NCBI GenBank assembly: GCA_026134085.1
Contig: JAOQIN010000005.1
Coordinates: 9,489 to 73,488, forward strand
Source: Candidatus Methanoxibalbensis ujae
GTDB taxonomy: Archaea > Halobacteriota > Syntropharchaeia > Alkanophagales > Methanospirareceae
Reading direction: 5' to 3'
Length of the DNA stretch: 64,000 nt
Shown: positions 61,521 to 64,000 of the stretch, piece by piece
Layout of the letters: each line of letters begins with the position of its first letter
Numbering within the stretch: the stretch's first letter is position 1
Position numbers and translations under genes: made by a program
Notes under the pieces: model-generated
What the model saw: the letters and a program-made list of their open reading frames with translations, nothing else
What the model was told of the DNA's origin: nothing
Databases searched by the model: none

Positions 61521-63092
61521 CTATTGAGAGGTAGTTGACAAATGCATAACCTTTGGAATGCATGCGATCACATCTGTTGCGATCAGGCAGTTCCCCTTTT
61601 CCTCAAATGCGATATCGCCAGCGGCACCGCTCACATATGAAGCTGCGACTGAGACGCGGAACGCATCATCGTTAACTGCGAAGAATGCCGCCAAAATTCC
61701 AGCGAGGACATCACCAGTCCCTCCGACAGTCATGCCTGCGTTCCCTGTTCTGTTTATCTTCAGCCGTTCTCCGTCGGATATGATGTCCACATTTCCTTTT
61801 AGAAGCGTGACAACGCCGTTCCTCGCTGAGAAATTGCGAACAAATGACTCTCTCTCCTCCTGAGTCCTCGCACTGAAGGATATTCCCATCTTAAAAAACT
61901 CACCAGCATGAGGAGTAAGTATCACATTCTTTGAAGATAGACCTGAATCACGAGATAGACCTGAACGGCGGACATCCGATGAAATGAAATGCGCAACACC
62001 GTAAAATCCATCAGCATCAACTATGATTTTACCATTCACACGCTTCAATATGGCTGTCACGGCATTCTTGGTCTCCTCATCGTCTCCCAGTCCACTGCCT
62101 ATGAGCATTACATCATGCTTTTTCGCGAGATTTGCTATTGTCTCGGTATCTTCCTCCACCAGTATATCGGAGGAAAGCGGTTGAACGATCATATCGGGGG
62201 AGAATCCCGCTATTGTGCCTGCGACGCTGCGGGGAGATGCGACTGTAACCCAGTCAGCGCCTGCTCTGAGTGCCGATAGTGCTGCGAGTGCGGGTGCGCC
62301 TGCAAAAGGACCTCCTCCCACGACGAGGACACGCCCGTTTTCGCCCTTGTGGCTGTCAGGTCTGCGCTTCTTCAGAGCGATCCTCACATCTCCAGGACCT
62401 GCGAGCTTCTCAAAGAACGGAGGAATGCCTATAGGTGCGGTTACGAGTTTTCCAACAATTTCCTTTGCTCTTCTCAGTCCCGGCTTCACCTTGTGAAATG
62501 TGACTGTTATGTCCGCACGCACGGCAGTGCCATCTCCTCTGTCTGCGTCCAATCCTGAAGGCACATCAACCGCAACCACAATGCATTTCCCACGCTCACG
62601 AGCACTGTTTATGGATGCGATAGCAGTTGCCTCAGGTTCTCTGGCGACTCCTCTGAATCCCGTGCCGAATATCGCGTCAACAATGACATCAACCCCCTCA
62701 TCAGTGATTTCGTGAAAACGTCGCCCGAGAAGGAGTGCATCTCCCGTGTTATCCACCTCACAGCCGCATGCCTTCAGTATTCTGTAATTGTATCTCGCCT
62801 CCTCCGTCCGTATGTCCTCCTCGCCGCGACCTATGAGGATGACATGCACATCACATCCGCGCGACAGAAGATGTCTTGCAGCAACGAATCCATCACCCCC
62901 ATTGTTACCTCTGCCAGCGACGATAAGCACGCGAGGATTTCTTCCTTTTCTTTCAACCGCATTGAAAATCTCACGAGCTACAGCTGCACCTGCGTTCTCC
63001 ATAAGCTGAAGGGGTGAAATACCGAAAGCTTTGCAGTTCTCATCCAGAGCAGCCATCTCCTCCGATGTTATCTCATCTCTCCCCGACATCAT
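61521..63092 (-). CDS. nnr: Bifunctional NAD(P)H-hydrate epimerase/dehydratase
   Basis: LMENAG, GRGNNGGDG, DAIFGTG, DVPSG, HKGENG, LTPHAGE, GGTGDVLAG. Confidence 0.95.
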   Translation of the reverse strand: MMSGRDEITSEEMAALDENCKAFGISPLQLMENAGAAVAREIFNAVERKGRNPRVLIVAGRGNNGGDGFVAARHLLSRGCDVHVILIGRGEEDIRTEEARYNYRILKACGCEVDNTGDALLLGRRFHEITDEGVDVIVDAIFGTGFRGVAREPEATAIASINSARERGKCIVVAVDVPSGLDADRGDGTAVRADITVTFHKVKPGLRRAKEIVGKLVTAPIGIPPFFEKLAGPGDVRIALKKRRPDSHKGENGRVLVVGGGPFAGAPALAALSALRAGADWVTVASPRSVAGTIAGFSPDMIVQPLSSDILVEEDTETIANLAKKHDVMLIGSGLGDDEETKNAVTAILKRVNGKIIVDADGFYGVAHFISSDVRRSGLSRDSGLSSKNVILTPHAGEFFKMGISFSARTQEERESFVRNFSARNGVVTLLKGNVDIISDGERLKINRTGNAGMTVGGTGDVLAGILAAFFAVNDDAFRVSVAASYVSGAAGDIAFEEKGNCLIATDVIACIPKVMHLSTTSQ

Positions 63093-63170
63093 TACTTATT
63101 GGGCATCTTTATAGTGCTGCAGCAACAACAGTATGAGCCTCAGCCGCCACCACTTGTCAAGCCACCGCGC

Positions 63171-63261
63171 AGCAAGTGGCAGCAAGCGTCAGCAAGCGTC
63201 AGCAAGGCAGCAAGTGGCAGCAAGTGGCAGCAAGCGTCAGCAAGCGGCAGCAAGCGTCAGC
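63171..63261 (+). repeat. Tandem repeat, about 9 x 10 bp (AGCAAGYGKC)
   Basis: agcaagtggc agcaagcgtc agcaagcgtc agcaaggc agcaagtggc agcaagtggc agcaagcgtc agcaagcggc agcaagcgtc. Confidence 0.9.
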
Positions 63262-63302
63262 CTGCAAGCGATAAAGTAATAAAAGCAACAAAAAATAAGA
63301 GG

Positions 63303-64000
63303 ATGTTCCTGGCGTTCAGGGCTGAGGTTGAGCGATTGCTCATGGACGCATTGCAGAATACATACGGCGACAGCGCATTGAGTGCACTCACAGCTCACAC
63401 AGCGCCGCACGAACTTGAGCGCCTTCTTGAGATAGACATAGAAAGCGAGCATGCTGACATCTCATCAAGAATTGCATTCTCCCTCTCAAAAATTTTGAGA
63501 GAAAATCCATCAAAAATATCCGCAGAAATTGTGAAAAACATTGAAATTCCTGAGAATTCCCTTGTCTCATCTGTTAAAGCAGTCGGACCTTACATAAATT
63601 TCTATGCAAGTGAGCTTTTTTTTGAAAAATCACTGCGTGAAATACTTGGAGGCATTTGTTTTCACAGAAAAGGTCGTGTGATAATAGAGCACACATCTGC
63701 AAATCCAGACGGTCCACTCCACATCGGACACCTCAGAAACGCATGCATAGGCGATGCACTCGCTCGCATACTCAGGCATGCGGGATACGATGTTGAGACT
63801 CAATACTATGTGAACGACATGGGAAAACAGGTTGCGATCCTCGTATCGGGCATGAGATATATGAAAATTGACGAGAAGAAGAAAATAGATCATGCAATTG
63901 CTGAAATATATGTGAAAGCAAACAAGATTATTGAGGAAGATGAAGAAAAAATGCGAGAAGTTGAAGAATTAATGCGGAAATATGAGCAGGGAGATTCTGA
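63303..64000 (+). CDS. argS: Arginyl-tRNA synthetase, N-terminal part (runs off the window end)
   Basis: Manual translation from ATG 63303: GPYINFY, IIEHTSANPDGPLHIGHLRNACIGD, YYVNDMGKQ. Confidence 0.95.
   Translation, partial: MFLAFRAEVERLLMDALQNTYGDSALSALTAHTAPHELERLLEIDIESEHADISSRIAFSLSKILRENPSKISAEIVKNIEIPENSLVSSVKAVGPYINFYASELFFEKSLREILGGICFHRKGRVIIEHTSANPDGPLHIGHLRNACIGDALARILRHAGYDVETQYYVNDMGKQVAILVSGMRYMKIDEKKKIDHAIAEIYVKANKIIEEDEEKMREVEELMRKYEQGDS

Overview
A chromosomal window from an archaeon related to methanogens or anaerobic alkane oxidisers. The markers are a histone, PolB, Fae-Hps, methanogenesis marker 6, an MptN-like ligase, a WtpABC-type transporter and a PEF-CTERM protein. 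A Halobacteriota, possibly ANME-1/Syntropharchaeia-like, affiliation is inferred, not proven. Most genes are housekeeping: amino acid, purine and cofactor synthesis, tRNA modification and charging, and two tRNAs (Ile-GAT, Arg-CCG). Intergenic regions hold decayed mobile DNA: an IS630 relic with TIRs, a tnpB relic, several IS200/IS605 right-end/omegaRNA-like elements and attC-like palindromes. Main observations: (1) a three-gene secreted cluster at 4.6-8.5 kb built like a fimbrial or WxL-type surface filament system (putative major subunit, chaperone/anchor and paralogous tip subunit); (2) a TmcA/Nat10 ac4C writer directly followed by a YqfB-like ASCH protein, a possible writer-eraser pair; (3) a stand-alone omegaRNA/K-turn-like RNA with its own promoter, forming the leader of a small double zinc-finger gene; (4) an unusual nucleotidyltransferase-PMI fusion; (5) a non-canonical CooS; (6) many short tandem duplications. 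All calls come from motif recognition only; no searches were run.
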